Origin: Gemmatimonadota bacterium
GTDB lineage: Bacteria; Gemmatimonadota; Gemmatimonadetes; JACCXV01; JAHWKZ01
DNA: 49,188 nt
Direction: 5' to 3'
Assembly: GCA_035687725.1 (NCBI GenBank)
Contig: DASRVB010000148.1
Span: forward strand, 1-49,188
Positions 27,339 to 34,958 of the stretch are shown here, in pieces; positions within the stretch are counted from its first letter, which is position 1; every line of letters starts with the position of its first letter. The notes under the pieces were generated by a model that had not been told where the DNA came from, ran no database searches, and was given only the letters and a program-made list of their open reading frames with translations. The translations under genes were made by a program, and so were the position numbers.

Positions 27339-28309
27339 AGCGCGCGCTGATCACGGGGATCACCGGCCAGGACGGCTCCTACCTCGCCGAGCTGCTGCTG
27401 ACCAAGGGCTACGAGGTGCACGGCATCGTCCGGCGGGCTTCCACCGAGAAGTTCGACCGCATCTCGCATATCAAGTCCGAGTTGCATTTGCATCAGGCCG
27501 ACCTCCTGGATCAGCGGTCGCTGGTCCTCGCGATCGAGGCCTCCCGGCCCGCCGAGGTCTACAACCTCGCCGCCCAGTCGTTCGTTCCGACCTCCTGGGC
27601 ACAGCCCATCCTGACCGGGGAGTTCACGGGTCTCGGCGTCACGCGCGTCCTGGAGTCGATCCGCCAGGTGGATCCCTCCATCCGGTTCTATCAGGCGTCG
27701 TCGAGCGAGATGTTCGGCAAGGTCAGGACGTCGCCCCAGGACGAGTCCACCCCGTTCCACCCGCGGAGCCCCTACGGCGTGGCCAAGGTCTACGGTCATT
27801 TCATCACCGTGAACTACCGGGAGTCCTACGACATGTTCGCGGTCAGCGGGATCCTCTTCAACCACGAGTCGCCGCGCCGCGGGCTGGAGTTCGTGACCCG
27901 GCACGTGTCGGACGGGGCGGCGCGGATCGCGCTCGGGCTGGCGGACAAGCTGCCGATCGGAAACCTCGACGCGGAACGGGACTGGGGCTTCGCGGGCGAC
28001 TACGTGGACGCGATGTGGCGGATGCTGCAACGCGACGAACCGCGCGACTACGTGATCGGGACCGGCGTCCCGCACTCCGTGCGCGACGTGTGCCGCATCG
28101 CCTTCGGGCACGTGGGCCTGGACTGGGAAAGCCATGTCGAGGTCGATCCCGGGCGATTCCGGCCGGCGGAAGTCGACCATCTGACAGCGGACTACTCGCG
28201 CGCGCGCCAGGAGCTCCGGTGGGAGCCCGTCGTCGAGTTCGAGGAGCTCGTGCGGATGATGGTCGATGCGGACGTCCGTCGCCTGAAGGGAGAGGTGGTC
28301 ACGGCGTGA
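27335..28309 (+). CDS. gmd: GDP-mannose 4,6-dehydratase
   Basis: [28 protein letters not shown], catalytic [20 protein letters not shown]. The TTG start overlaps the udk stop (TTGA). Confidence 0.95.
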   Translation: MKRALITGITGQDGSYLAELLLTKGYEVHGIVRRASTEKFDRISHIKSELHLHQADLLDQRSLVLAIEASRPAEVYNLAAQSFVPTSWAQPILTGEFTGLGVTRVLESIRQVDPSIRFYQASSSEMFGKVRTSPQDESTPFHPRSPYGVAKVYGHFITVNYRESYDMFAVSGILFNHESPRRGLEFVTRHVSDGAARIALGLADKLPIGNLDAERDWGFAGDYVDAMWRMLQRDEPRDYVIGTGVPHSVRDVCRIAFGHVGLDWESHVEVDPGRFRPAEVDHLTADYSRARQELRWEPVVEFEELVRMMVDADVRRLKGEVVTA

Positions 28310-29190
28310 GCGCTGCGGCCGTTGCTCCTCCCGGGATTCTACCGGAAACCCTGCAGCGCGCGGAAGAGGTGCTGGCCGGTGAAGCCGTGCCCTCCGGGCT
28401 CGTCGACTTCCACAGCCACCTCGTTCCGGGAGTGGATGACGGCGCGCGCGATCTCGGCGAAGCGGTGCGCGGCGTGGACACCCTGGCCGCGGAGGGCATC
28501 CGCCACGTCCTCACGACGCCGCACATCGACGCCAGCACGATCGCCAGGCCCGAGCTCTTCGAGCCGCAGCAGCGCGAGGTCGAAGAGGCGTGGTTTCGGG
28601 TCGTGGACGCCTGCGTCGACCGGGAGCCTCGCATGAGCTTCCACCTGGGGCGCGAGATCCTCCTCGACACCGCGACCCCTGCGCTGTCCGACCCGCGGGT
28701 GCGACTCAACGGCGGACCCTACGTCCTGGTGGAGTTTCCCCGGCTGAACCTGCCCGCCGGCTCGGAGGACGCGCTCGGGCACATCACAGGGCTGGGATAC
28801 CGGCCGGTGGTGGCCCATGTCGAGCGATATCTGTACCAGGGCGATCCCGTGCCCTTGTGGGACGAGTGGCGGCACGCCGGCGCCGCGCTCCAGGTGAACG
28901 CCGCCTCGTACGTGGGCCGCTACGGCGCAAACGCCCGCGAGCTGGCCTGGCGTGCGCTCGAGCTGGGCTGGGTCGACCTCGCGGCGAGCGACTACCACGC
29001 CCGTGGACGACCCTGGATCACGCAGGCGCGAGACGAGCTTCGGGCCGCGGGGGGCGATGGGCAGGACGCGATGCTGTTCGAGCGCAATCCGCGGCATGTG
29101 CTGCGCGGCGAGCCGCTGGAGGCCGTGGATCCGCTCGTGCAACATCGCAGCGCCTGGAGCCGGATGCGGAAGTACTTCCGCATCCGGTGA
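28306..29190 (+). CDS. PHP-family protein-tyrosine phosphatase, CpsB/YwqE-like
   Basis: [13 protein letters not shown] (metal-binding HxH...DDG), [13 protein letters not shown] and ASDYH, which parallels S. pneumoniae CpsB block by block. The GTG start at 28306 overlaps the gmd stop (GTGA). The track ORF from 28015 is an artefact. Confidence 0.8.
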   Translation: MSAAAVAPPGILPETLQRAEEVLAGEAVPSGLVDFHSHLVPGVDDGARDLGEAVRGVDTLAAEGIRHVLTTPHIDASTIARPELFEPQQREVEEAWFRVVDACVDREPRMSFHLGREILLDTATPALSDPRVRLNGGPYVLVEFPRLNLPAGSEDALGHITGLGYRPVVAHVERYLYQGDPVPLWDEWRHAGAALQVNAASYVGRYGANARELAWRALELGWVDLAASDYHARGRPWITQARDELRAAGGDGQDAMLFERNPRHVLRGEPLEAVDPLVQHRSAWSRMRKYFRIR

Positions 29191-29214
29191 GAATCGCCAC
29201 CGGAGCGGGGCGGG

Positions 29215-29829
29215 TCAGCCGCGCGTCAGCAGGATGACCAGGCTGACCGTACTGCTGATCATGCCGACCAGGAGCCTCCAGTTCTGCGCCCACCCGCTGG
29301 CGGAGGGGACGAGGAGCTGGTCGCCGGATCGGAGCGCGAGGCTCCGGACCGCTGGCGGATCGTCGAGGTCGATCTCGATCTCGCTCTCCCCGCGGATGAG
29401 GATGACTCGATCGTCCTTGGCGGCAGGCGTCGGACCGCCGGCCAGCGCCAGCGCCTCCACCAGGGACATGGTCGGGTCGACGGGGTACACCCCTTCGTGG
29501 GCCACCTCACCGCTGATCAGGATCCGTCGCAGGACGACGACCTCGATCGAAGGATTTCGAAGGGTCTTGGAGTATTCCTCGATCAGGTGGGTCCTGAGCT
29601 CCGAGGGGGTGTACCCGGTGACGTGGACCGGTCCGATCTTGGGCAGGACGGCGTTGCCGTCCTCCTGGACCAGGAACTCCCCAGTCAGATCCGGCTCACG
29701 CCAGATGTTCAGCCGGATGACGTCGCCGGGCACGAGCTTCGACTCGGGCCGGTCGGCTGCATCCTGGCCTCGCACCGTCAAAGGGATAGCGATGGCCGCC
29801 AGTAGCAGCGCGCTGAGCGTTCGATGCAT
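29215..29829 (-). CDS. polysaccharide export protein, Wza/Poly_export + SLBB-like
   Basis: Signal peptide (MHRTLSALLLAAIAIPLTVRGQ), a Poly_export block (LVPGDVIRLNIW...DGNAVLPKIGPVHVTGYTPSEL) and an SLBB-like block (ISGEVAHEGVYPV...SLVEALALAGG). A C-terminal hydrophobic helix follows. I set the start to ATG 29829. Confidence 0.75.
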   Translation of the reverse strand: MHRTLSALLLAAIAIPLTVRGQDAADRPESKLVPGDVIRLNIWREPDLTGEFLVQEDGNAVLPKIGPVHVTGYTPSELRTHLIEEYSKTLRNPSIEVVVLRRILISGEVAHEGVYPVDPTMSLVEALALAGGPTPAAKDDRVILIRGESEIEIDLDDPPAVRSLALRSGDQLLVPSASGWAQNWRLLVGMISSTVSLVILLTRG

Positions 29830-30021
29830 GTCCGCTTCTTCCGTCGAGGTAGGAAATCGCTGTCGAATATACGAAGCAGGTCGGTGGAGCACTATACGAG
29901 GCTCGCGCGCAGGGGGCTTGCCGGGCAGGTATGAGGGCGGCTCGCCGCGTACCCGGGTCTGCGTGTAGCTTACCGTTCCGTCTCACCGCGGCCCCGAAGC
30001 CGGTTTCCACTTCCAGACGAC

Positions 30022-31737
30022 ATGACAAGGGACAGTCCGATGCTCACCGGGGTATGTCGCAGGGTCCTGCCGCTCGCCTGGACCGCCGTGGTCATGGCGG
30101 CACCACAGGCGGGGGCTTCTCAGAGTCTGAGAGCGGTGCCGCTCGACCACTGGGCGTACGACGTGGCGGAAGAGCTGCTCCTGCGGCATCCCGCGCTCGG
30201 CGTGGGCCTCTGGCTCGGCAACCGGCCCTGGCGCGAGGCGGATTTCCACACGTTGCTCGCGCGCGCCGATAGCGCGGGACTCGGCGATACCGACCGGCGC
30301 GCATCTGCGTCGATCGAGCTCATGGGTCGGGCCTTCCCCGAGCGGGCGCCTGCCGTGGCCGAGGTGGCGATCCACAACGAGGCTTCCCTGTGGCTGACCG
30401 CGCATGCCAGCCGGAACGAAGCCGCGTTCGATCCCTCGTTCCTGGGGGTGCGCTTCGAGGAATCCGACGGGGACCCGCCGATACCGGCCCTCCGCGGCGT
30501 CCTCCAGCACGATTTCGCGGTACAGTACAGGGACCGCTTCGCGCTCGGCTGGCGCTACGCCATCGACTCGGACGTGACCGGCGATCCCACCCGCTTCCGG
30601 CAGCTCGAGGCGCGCGAGGACACCGACTATGGGTTCGCGCTCCTCGACGCGTATGCGGTATACGGCTACGGCCCCCTTCGCGTCACCGCCGGACGCAACG
30701 AACTGTGGCTGGGGCAGGCGGGCCGATCGAGCAGCGTGTTCGTGAGCGACTCGATACCGCCGATCGATCAGGTGCGGATCGATCTGGTCACCCGAACGCT
30801 GCGCTTCACGGGCCTGATCGGCCGGCTGAGCGGCGACGAGCAGAACCGCTCGCTCGACGAGCATGGGGAGACGATTCCGGGATCCATGCCGCCGCCCGCG
30901 GGCGAGCGCCGGGACGTGGACCGGATCTTCTATCTCCACCGGGTGGACTGGCAGCCGGCCGACTACATCCAGGTGGCGATCTCGGAGGCGGCCTTCGTGA
31001 CCGGCATCGACCGCGGGCTGGACGCGCGCTACGCGAACCTCCTGATCCCGTTCTTCGTCACTCAGGAGGACGAGGACGAATCGGGAGGCGTAGACGTCAA
31101 CGTCATGGTCGACGTCGAGGGCGTCCTGCTCGTTCCTCGGGGAGCGCGCATCTGGGCGAACGTATTCGTGCAGGAGTTCTTCATCGACGCGGACAAGCGG
31201 GAGAACATCGGAAACCAGCTGGCGTACAAGGCAGGCGCGGAGATGGCGGGTGATGCGCTGGGCCTCCCGGCCATCACCGCCGGGGTGGAGTACACTCGCG
31301 TGGACGTCTTCTCGTACCTGCACCGGGGCCTGAACACGAATCACACCCAGTTCGGGGTTCCCATCGGCAGCTCGCTGGGGCCCGACGCGGACATGGCCCA
31401 GGGATGGATCAGCTGGCGGCCGTGGCCGAATCTGCGCCTGACCGTCGATGCGATGATGCGGCGCGACGGGGAGCGAGGGGTGGAGACGCTCGAGAGTGTG
31501 ATCGACGCCGGTCACCCCGACTTCCCGAGCGGCGTCGTGCAACGCGAGCGCCGGTTGGGTGTAGAAGGGTGGGGATTGCTGCCCGGCCACGGCGTGGAAG
31601 GATTGCTGCGGGTCAGCGCCCATGACCTGACCGACATCGAGCACGACCCTGGGAGAGAGGGAACGTTCTGGACGGCCGAGGTGGGTCTTCGGGTGCGACA
31701 TCTGTTCGCGAGCAGCGGGCCGAGGGTGGCGCAATGA
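30022..31737 (+). CDS. outer-membrane capsule-assembly protein, Wzi-like
   Basis: A signal peptide, then LDHWAYDVAEELLLRHP (compare E. coli Wzi LRNDLAWLSDRGVI). GRNELWLGQAGRSSSVFVSDSIPPIDQV parallels QWWGPGYEGSLIRGDAMRP, FFVTQEDEDESGG parallels GQMIGEDESG, and GNQLAYKAG parallels GNQLAGFD. The body has alternating beta-strand character. An alternative start is ATG 30040. Confidence 0.65.
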   Translation: MTRDSPMLTGVCRRVLPLAWTAVVMAAPQAGASQSLRAVPLDHWAYDVAEELLLRHPALGVGLWLGNRPWREADFHTLLARADSAGLGDTDRRASASIELMGRAFPERAPAVAEVAIHNEASLWLTAHASRNEAAFDPSFLGVRFEESDGDPPIPALRGVLQHDFAVQYRDRFALGWRYAIDSDVTGDPTRFRQLEAREDTDYGFALLDAYAVYGYGPLRVTAGRNELWLGQAGRSSSVFVSDSIPPIDQVRIDLVTRTLRFTGLIGRLSGDEQNRSLDEHGETIPGSMPPPAGERRDVDRIFYLHRVDWQPADYIQVAISEAAFVTGIDRGLDARYANLLIPFFVTQEDEDESGGVDVNVMVDVEGVLLVPRGARIWANVFVQEFFIDADKRENIGNQLAYKAGAEMAGDALGLPAITAGVEYTRVDVFSYLHRGLNTNHTQFGVPIGSSLGPDADMAQGWISWRPWPNLRLTVDAMMRRDGERGVETLESVIDAGHPDFPSGVVQRERRLGVEGWGLLPGHGVEGLLRVSAHDLTDIEHDPGREGTFWTAEVGLRVRHLFASSGPRVAQ

Positions 31738-32432
31738 GGGTGGAAACCGAGCGGAACGCGGCCCCCGGGCGGGGGCACAGCCTCCTTTCCGTCGCGGACC
31801 TCGTCCAGTGGCAGGATGCCGCCGTCCTCGCATGGCATCGCGATCCGGCGGGCACGGAGACGCGGCTCGAGGACCAGGGATGGTCGTCCGGCCCCGCCAG
31901 GTCCGGCCTCGGGGCCGCGATCGGCCGCGAGCATCTCACGAACGTGCGGCTATGGCACGAGGAGGACGAGGCGCGGCGGCCGGATGTCGACGACGCGGTG
32001 ATCGCCGGTGTCAAGCGCCGCATAGACCGGCTCAACCAGCGCCGGAACGATCTCATAGAGGCGATCGACGAGGGCCTGTCGTCCGCCCTCGAGGCGGCAG
32101 GAGCAGACCCGCGTCCCGGTGGCAGACTCCATTCGGAGACACCGGGCGCAATCGTCGATCGCCTGTCCATCCTCGCGTTGAAGATCTACCACATGCGGGA
32201 GGAGTCGGAGCGGCTCGATGCGGATGCGGGCCATCGAGCGGTCTGCGCGGAGCGGCTGGTCATCCTCGAGCGCCAGCGGGACGACCTGGCGGGCTGCCTC
32301 CGGGCGCTGCTCGACGAGCTCCTGACCGGCCTGGCAACGTTCCGTACGTACCGCCAGTTCAAGATGTACAACGATCCCGCGACGAACCCTGCCGTGCGCC
32401 GGGCTCGACGGGAGTCCGAGGCCTCGCCGTGA
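31734..32432 (+). CDS. DUF4254 domain-containing protein (function unknown)
   Basis: LWHEEDEARRP...KRRIDRLNQRRNDLIEAID...SETPGAIVDRLSILALKIYHMREE...LERQRDDL...YRQFKMYNDPATNP matches the DUF4254 consensus as I recall it from Bacteroidota proteins. The ATG overlaps the upstream stop (ATGA). Confidence 0.8.
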   Translation: MRVETERNAAPGRGHSLLSVADLVQWQDAAVLAWHRDPAGTETRLEDQGWSSGPARSGLGAAIGREHLTNVRLWHEEDEARRPDVDDAVIAGVKRRIDRLNQRRNDLIEAIDEGLSSALEAAGADPRPGGRLHSETPGAIVDRLSILALKIYHMREESERLDADAGHRAVCAERLVILERQRDDLAGCLRALLDELLTGLATFRTYRQFKMYNDPATNPAVRRARRESEASP

Positions 32433-33415
32433 GCGCGCGGCTGCTCGTCCAGGCGGGCGTGATCGCCGGCGTCGCTCTCGTCGCCCCGTGCCTGACGGCC
32501 TGCAATCCGCGGATCGGAGAGTTCGAGGAGCGTGGAGACCGCTACAGCGCGCAGGGGGCGTATGCGGACGCGCTCGTCGAATACGAGCTGGCGCTCGAGG
32601 AGGCCGAGGGAGGGGGTCCGGGAGACCTGCACATGAAGGCCGGGGCCCTGGCGCTCCGCTCGAAGAGCTTCAGCGACGCCAGCCGGCACTTCACCGAGCT
32701 GCTGGAGCGCGAGCCCTCCTGGCGGGACCGGGTGGCCGCGCTCTACAACCTGCACGCCCAGCGCTGGCGTGCGGCGGGCGACACCTTCGCGGCCGTCCGG
32801 GCGGTCCAGTGGTTGGTGGAGAGCGATTCCAGCGTGAACCTGGGGCCGCTCTACTTTCTCCTCGGCGACGCGGCCTACGCGCGACCGGACTACGACGCGG
32901 CGATTCAGGCCTACCTGCTCGGGCTGGCGCGCGCGGGCGATCAGGCCTCGCCCGAGGTGTACGCGCGGCTCGGCGAGGCCTTCGAGCGAAAGCGGCAGTG
33001 CGCCACCGCTATCGAGTATTACAAACGGTACCTCCAGGCGGATTCCACCGCCGCGGCAGGGAATGCGCGATATCGGTACGGCACGTGCGCCTTCCGCATG
33101 GCGGAGCGGGCGTTCAAGGGCGAGGACTACGAGGCGGCGCGGGAGTACATCGATATCGTGATCCGCAACGGGGAGCCGGTGAGCCAGCTCGATGACGCGG
33201 AGCTCATGATGGCGCAGATCCACGAATGGGACGGGAATCGCGAAGCGGCGATGGACGCGTACAGGCGTATCGCCTCGCGTACGCAGGGTGGCCGGTCGCG
33301 GGCGGGCCTGGAGGCCTACCGCCGGTACAAGCAGCTGGAGTTCGGGCTCCCCCTGCGGTCCGCCGAACGCGCGCGGGCCGCGGAAGAACGGGCCGCTGGC
33401 CAGGCCGACCGGTGA
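32429..33415 (+). CDS. TPR-repeat lipoprotein
   Basis: The GTG start overlaps the upstream stop (GTGA). A signal peptide with lipobox LTAC precedes multiple TPR-like A/Y/L-rich helix pairs (GAYADALVEYELAL; YDAAIQAYLLGL; CATAIEYYKRYL; YEAAREYIDIV). Confidence 0.65.
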   Translation: MSARLLVQAGVIAGVALVAPCLTACNPRIGEFEERGDRYSAQGAYADALVEYELALEEAEGGGPGDLHMKAGALALRSKSFSDASRHFTELLEREPSWRDRVAALYNLHAQRWRAAGDTFAAVRAVQWLVESDSSVNLGPLYFLLGDAAYARPDYDAAIQAYLLGLARAGDQASPEVYARLGEAFERKRQCATAIEYYKRYLQADSTAAAGNARYRYGTCAFRMAERAFKGEDYEAAREYIDIVIRNGEPVSQLDDAELMMAQIHEWDGNREAAMDAYRRIASRTQGGRSRAGLEAYRRYKQLEFGLPLRSAERARAAEERAAGQADR

Positions 33416-34209
33416 GGAGGCGGGGCATCCTGCCGGCGCTGGCGCTGGCCCTCTGGTCGGCGGGCTGCGCGTCCAGTCAGGAGACGGCCATCCTGCCTCC
33501 CGATGAGCAGTTCGAGCGTGCGCAGCAGGAGTTCGCCGAGGGAGACATACGCGAGGCGATTGCGCACTTCCAGACCTTTGCGTTCAACTATCCACAGGAC
33601 CCGCGCGTGCCAGAAGCGCGCTGGATGTCCGCCCAGGGATACTACCGCGTCGAGGACTGGGCCACGGCCGCACAGGAATATCTCAACTACCAGCGGGACT
33701 ACTCGCGGGACGAGCGCGCTGCGGAAGCGCTGTTCCAGGCCGGCCGCGCGTACCAGCAGATGTCCCTGCGGCCTGAGCTCGACCAGCGCGAGACGGAGCG
33801 CGCGGTGAACGCGTACGACCGCGTGATCGTCGAGTATCCACGCAGCGAGTTCGTGGAAGAGGCGCGGACGAGGAAGGTACAGCTCCGTGACAAGCTGGCC
33901 GAGAAGGTATTCCTGAACGCGGAGTTCTATTTCGACAACGAGAACTACTCCGCCACCGAGATCTACCTCACCGACCTGATCGCGATGTATACGGACACAT
34001 CCTGGATCCCGGCCGCGTATGCCTTGCTGGCACGTACGAAGTGCCAACAGGGGCTGGGGGACCGGGCCTCCGAGGTGTACGCCAGATTGCGGGAGAACTA
34101 TCCCGACTCGCAGGCGGCCCGCGCAGTTGCCGGCGAGCTGCCCGAGCGGTGCAGGGCGACGCAGGCGGCGTCGGATGGCGACGCTCCGGCGCCGACGAGT
34201 GGGCGCTGA
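33412..34209 (+). CDS. bamD: outer membrane protein assembly factor BamD
   Basis: The GTG start overlaps the upstream stop (GTGA). A lipoprotein signal (LALWSAGC) precedes BamD/YfiO TPR blocks: FERAQQEFAEGDIREAIAHFQ, YPQDPRVPEA, YDRVIVEYPRSEFVEEA, and AEKVFLNAEFYFDNENYSA. Confidence 0.85.
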   Translation: MRRRGILPALALALWSAGCASSQETAILPPDEQFERAQQEFAEGDIREAIAHFQTFAFNYPQDPRVPEARWMSAQGYYRVEDWATAAQEYLNYQRDYSRDERAAEALFQAGRAYQQMSLRPELDQRETERAVNAYDRVIVEYPRSEFVEEARTRKVQLRDKLAEKVFLNAEFYFDNENYSATEIYLTDLIAMYTDTSWIPAAYALLARTKCQQGLGDRASEVYARLRENYPDSQAARAVAGELPERCRATQAASDGDAPAPTSGR

Positions 34210-34226
34210 GCCATGGTGAGGCCGGG

Positions 34227-34844
34227 GTGAGGAAGGGGATCCTCGGCGGGACGTTCAACCCACCGCACATCGCCCATCTGATCGTGGCCCAGGAAGTGCG
34301 AGAGACGTTGGACCTCGATCATGTCGTCCTCGTGCCGACGAGCCTCCACGCATTCAAGGGGCCGGCGTCCGCGGACCCGCGGCATCGGGCCGCCATGACC
34401 GAGCTGGCGGTGGCGGGAGATCCCGGCCTCGCCGTAGACCGCATCGAGATCCAGCGCGGAGGGATCTCGTACACCGTGGACACGCTGCGCGCACTGCGCG
34501 AGCGGGAGCCGGAAACCGACTGGACGCTGATCCTCGGAGGGGACAACCTGGAGGAGCTGGCGGAATGGCGTGAGGCCCACGAACTGCCCGAACTGGCCAG
34601 CGTGGTGGTCACGACCCGCGCCGGCCTCCCGGCGCCCGAGCGCCTTCCCTTCGGGGGGCGGTGCACGCTCGTCGACGTGCCGTCCCTGGAGGTGTCCTCG
34701 ACCGCAATCCGCGAGCGTGTCGCCCGCGGCCGGTCGATCCGCTACTGGGTGCCGCCGGGGGTGGAAGCGTACATCCGGGGACACGACCTGTACCGGCAGG
34801 TAGCGCCCGCGGGGTCCATTGATACGGCGGCGCCCAGGGGTTAG
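34227..34844 (+). CDS. nadD: nicotinate-nucleotide adenylyltransferase
   Basis: GILGGTFNPPHIAHL (the HxGH-type motif), ISYTVDTL, and SSTAIRERV. The start is GTG at 34227, giving 205 aa. The longer track ORF (34041) overlaps bamD. Confidence 0.85.
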   Translation: MRKGILGGTFNPPHIAHLIVAQEVRETLDLDHVVLVPTSLHAFKGPASADPRHRAAMTELAVAGDPGLAVDRIEIQRGGISYTVDTLRALREREPETDWTLILGGDNLEELAEWREAHELPELASVVVTTRAGLPAPERLPFGGRCTLVDVPSLEVSSTAIRERVARGRSIRYWVPPGVEAYIRGHDLYRQVAPAGSIDTAAPRG

Positions 34845-34913
34845 ATTGTTTTCCCTCTGCCGGTTGACGCCCCCCCGAGCCATGCACTGGACATTCGCTA
34901 GCGGATCGGCACC

Positions 34914-34941
34914 TCGTCGGCGACGACGCCCGACGATTTTT
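34914..34941 (+). terminator. terminator-like hairpin + U-tract immediately upstream of the secA ribosome-binding site
   Basis: A 7-bp stem, TCGTCGG (34914-34920) pairing with CCGACGA (34930-34936), a 9-nt loop, then TTTTT (34937-41). It lies 70 nt after the nadD stop and 18 nt before the secA GTG, so it could be the nadD terminator or a secA leader attenuator. Confidence 0.35.
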
Positions 34942-34958
34942 CTCGGAGAACGATAATC

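Noticed and set aside
29983-31833. A 616-aa minus-strand ORF opposite the Wzi-like gene.
   Set aside because: It is the antisense frame of a gene with a signal peptide and Wzi-like blocks. The composition is Arg/Pro/Gly-rich and no domain is visible.
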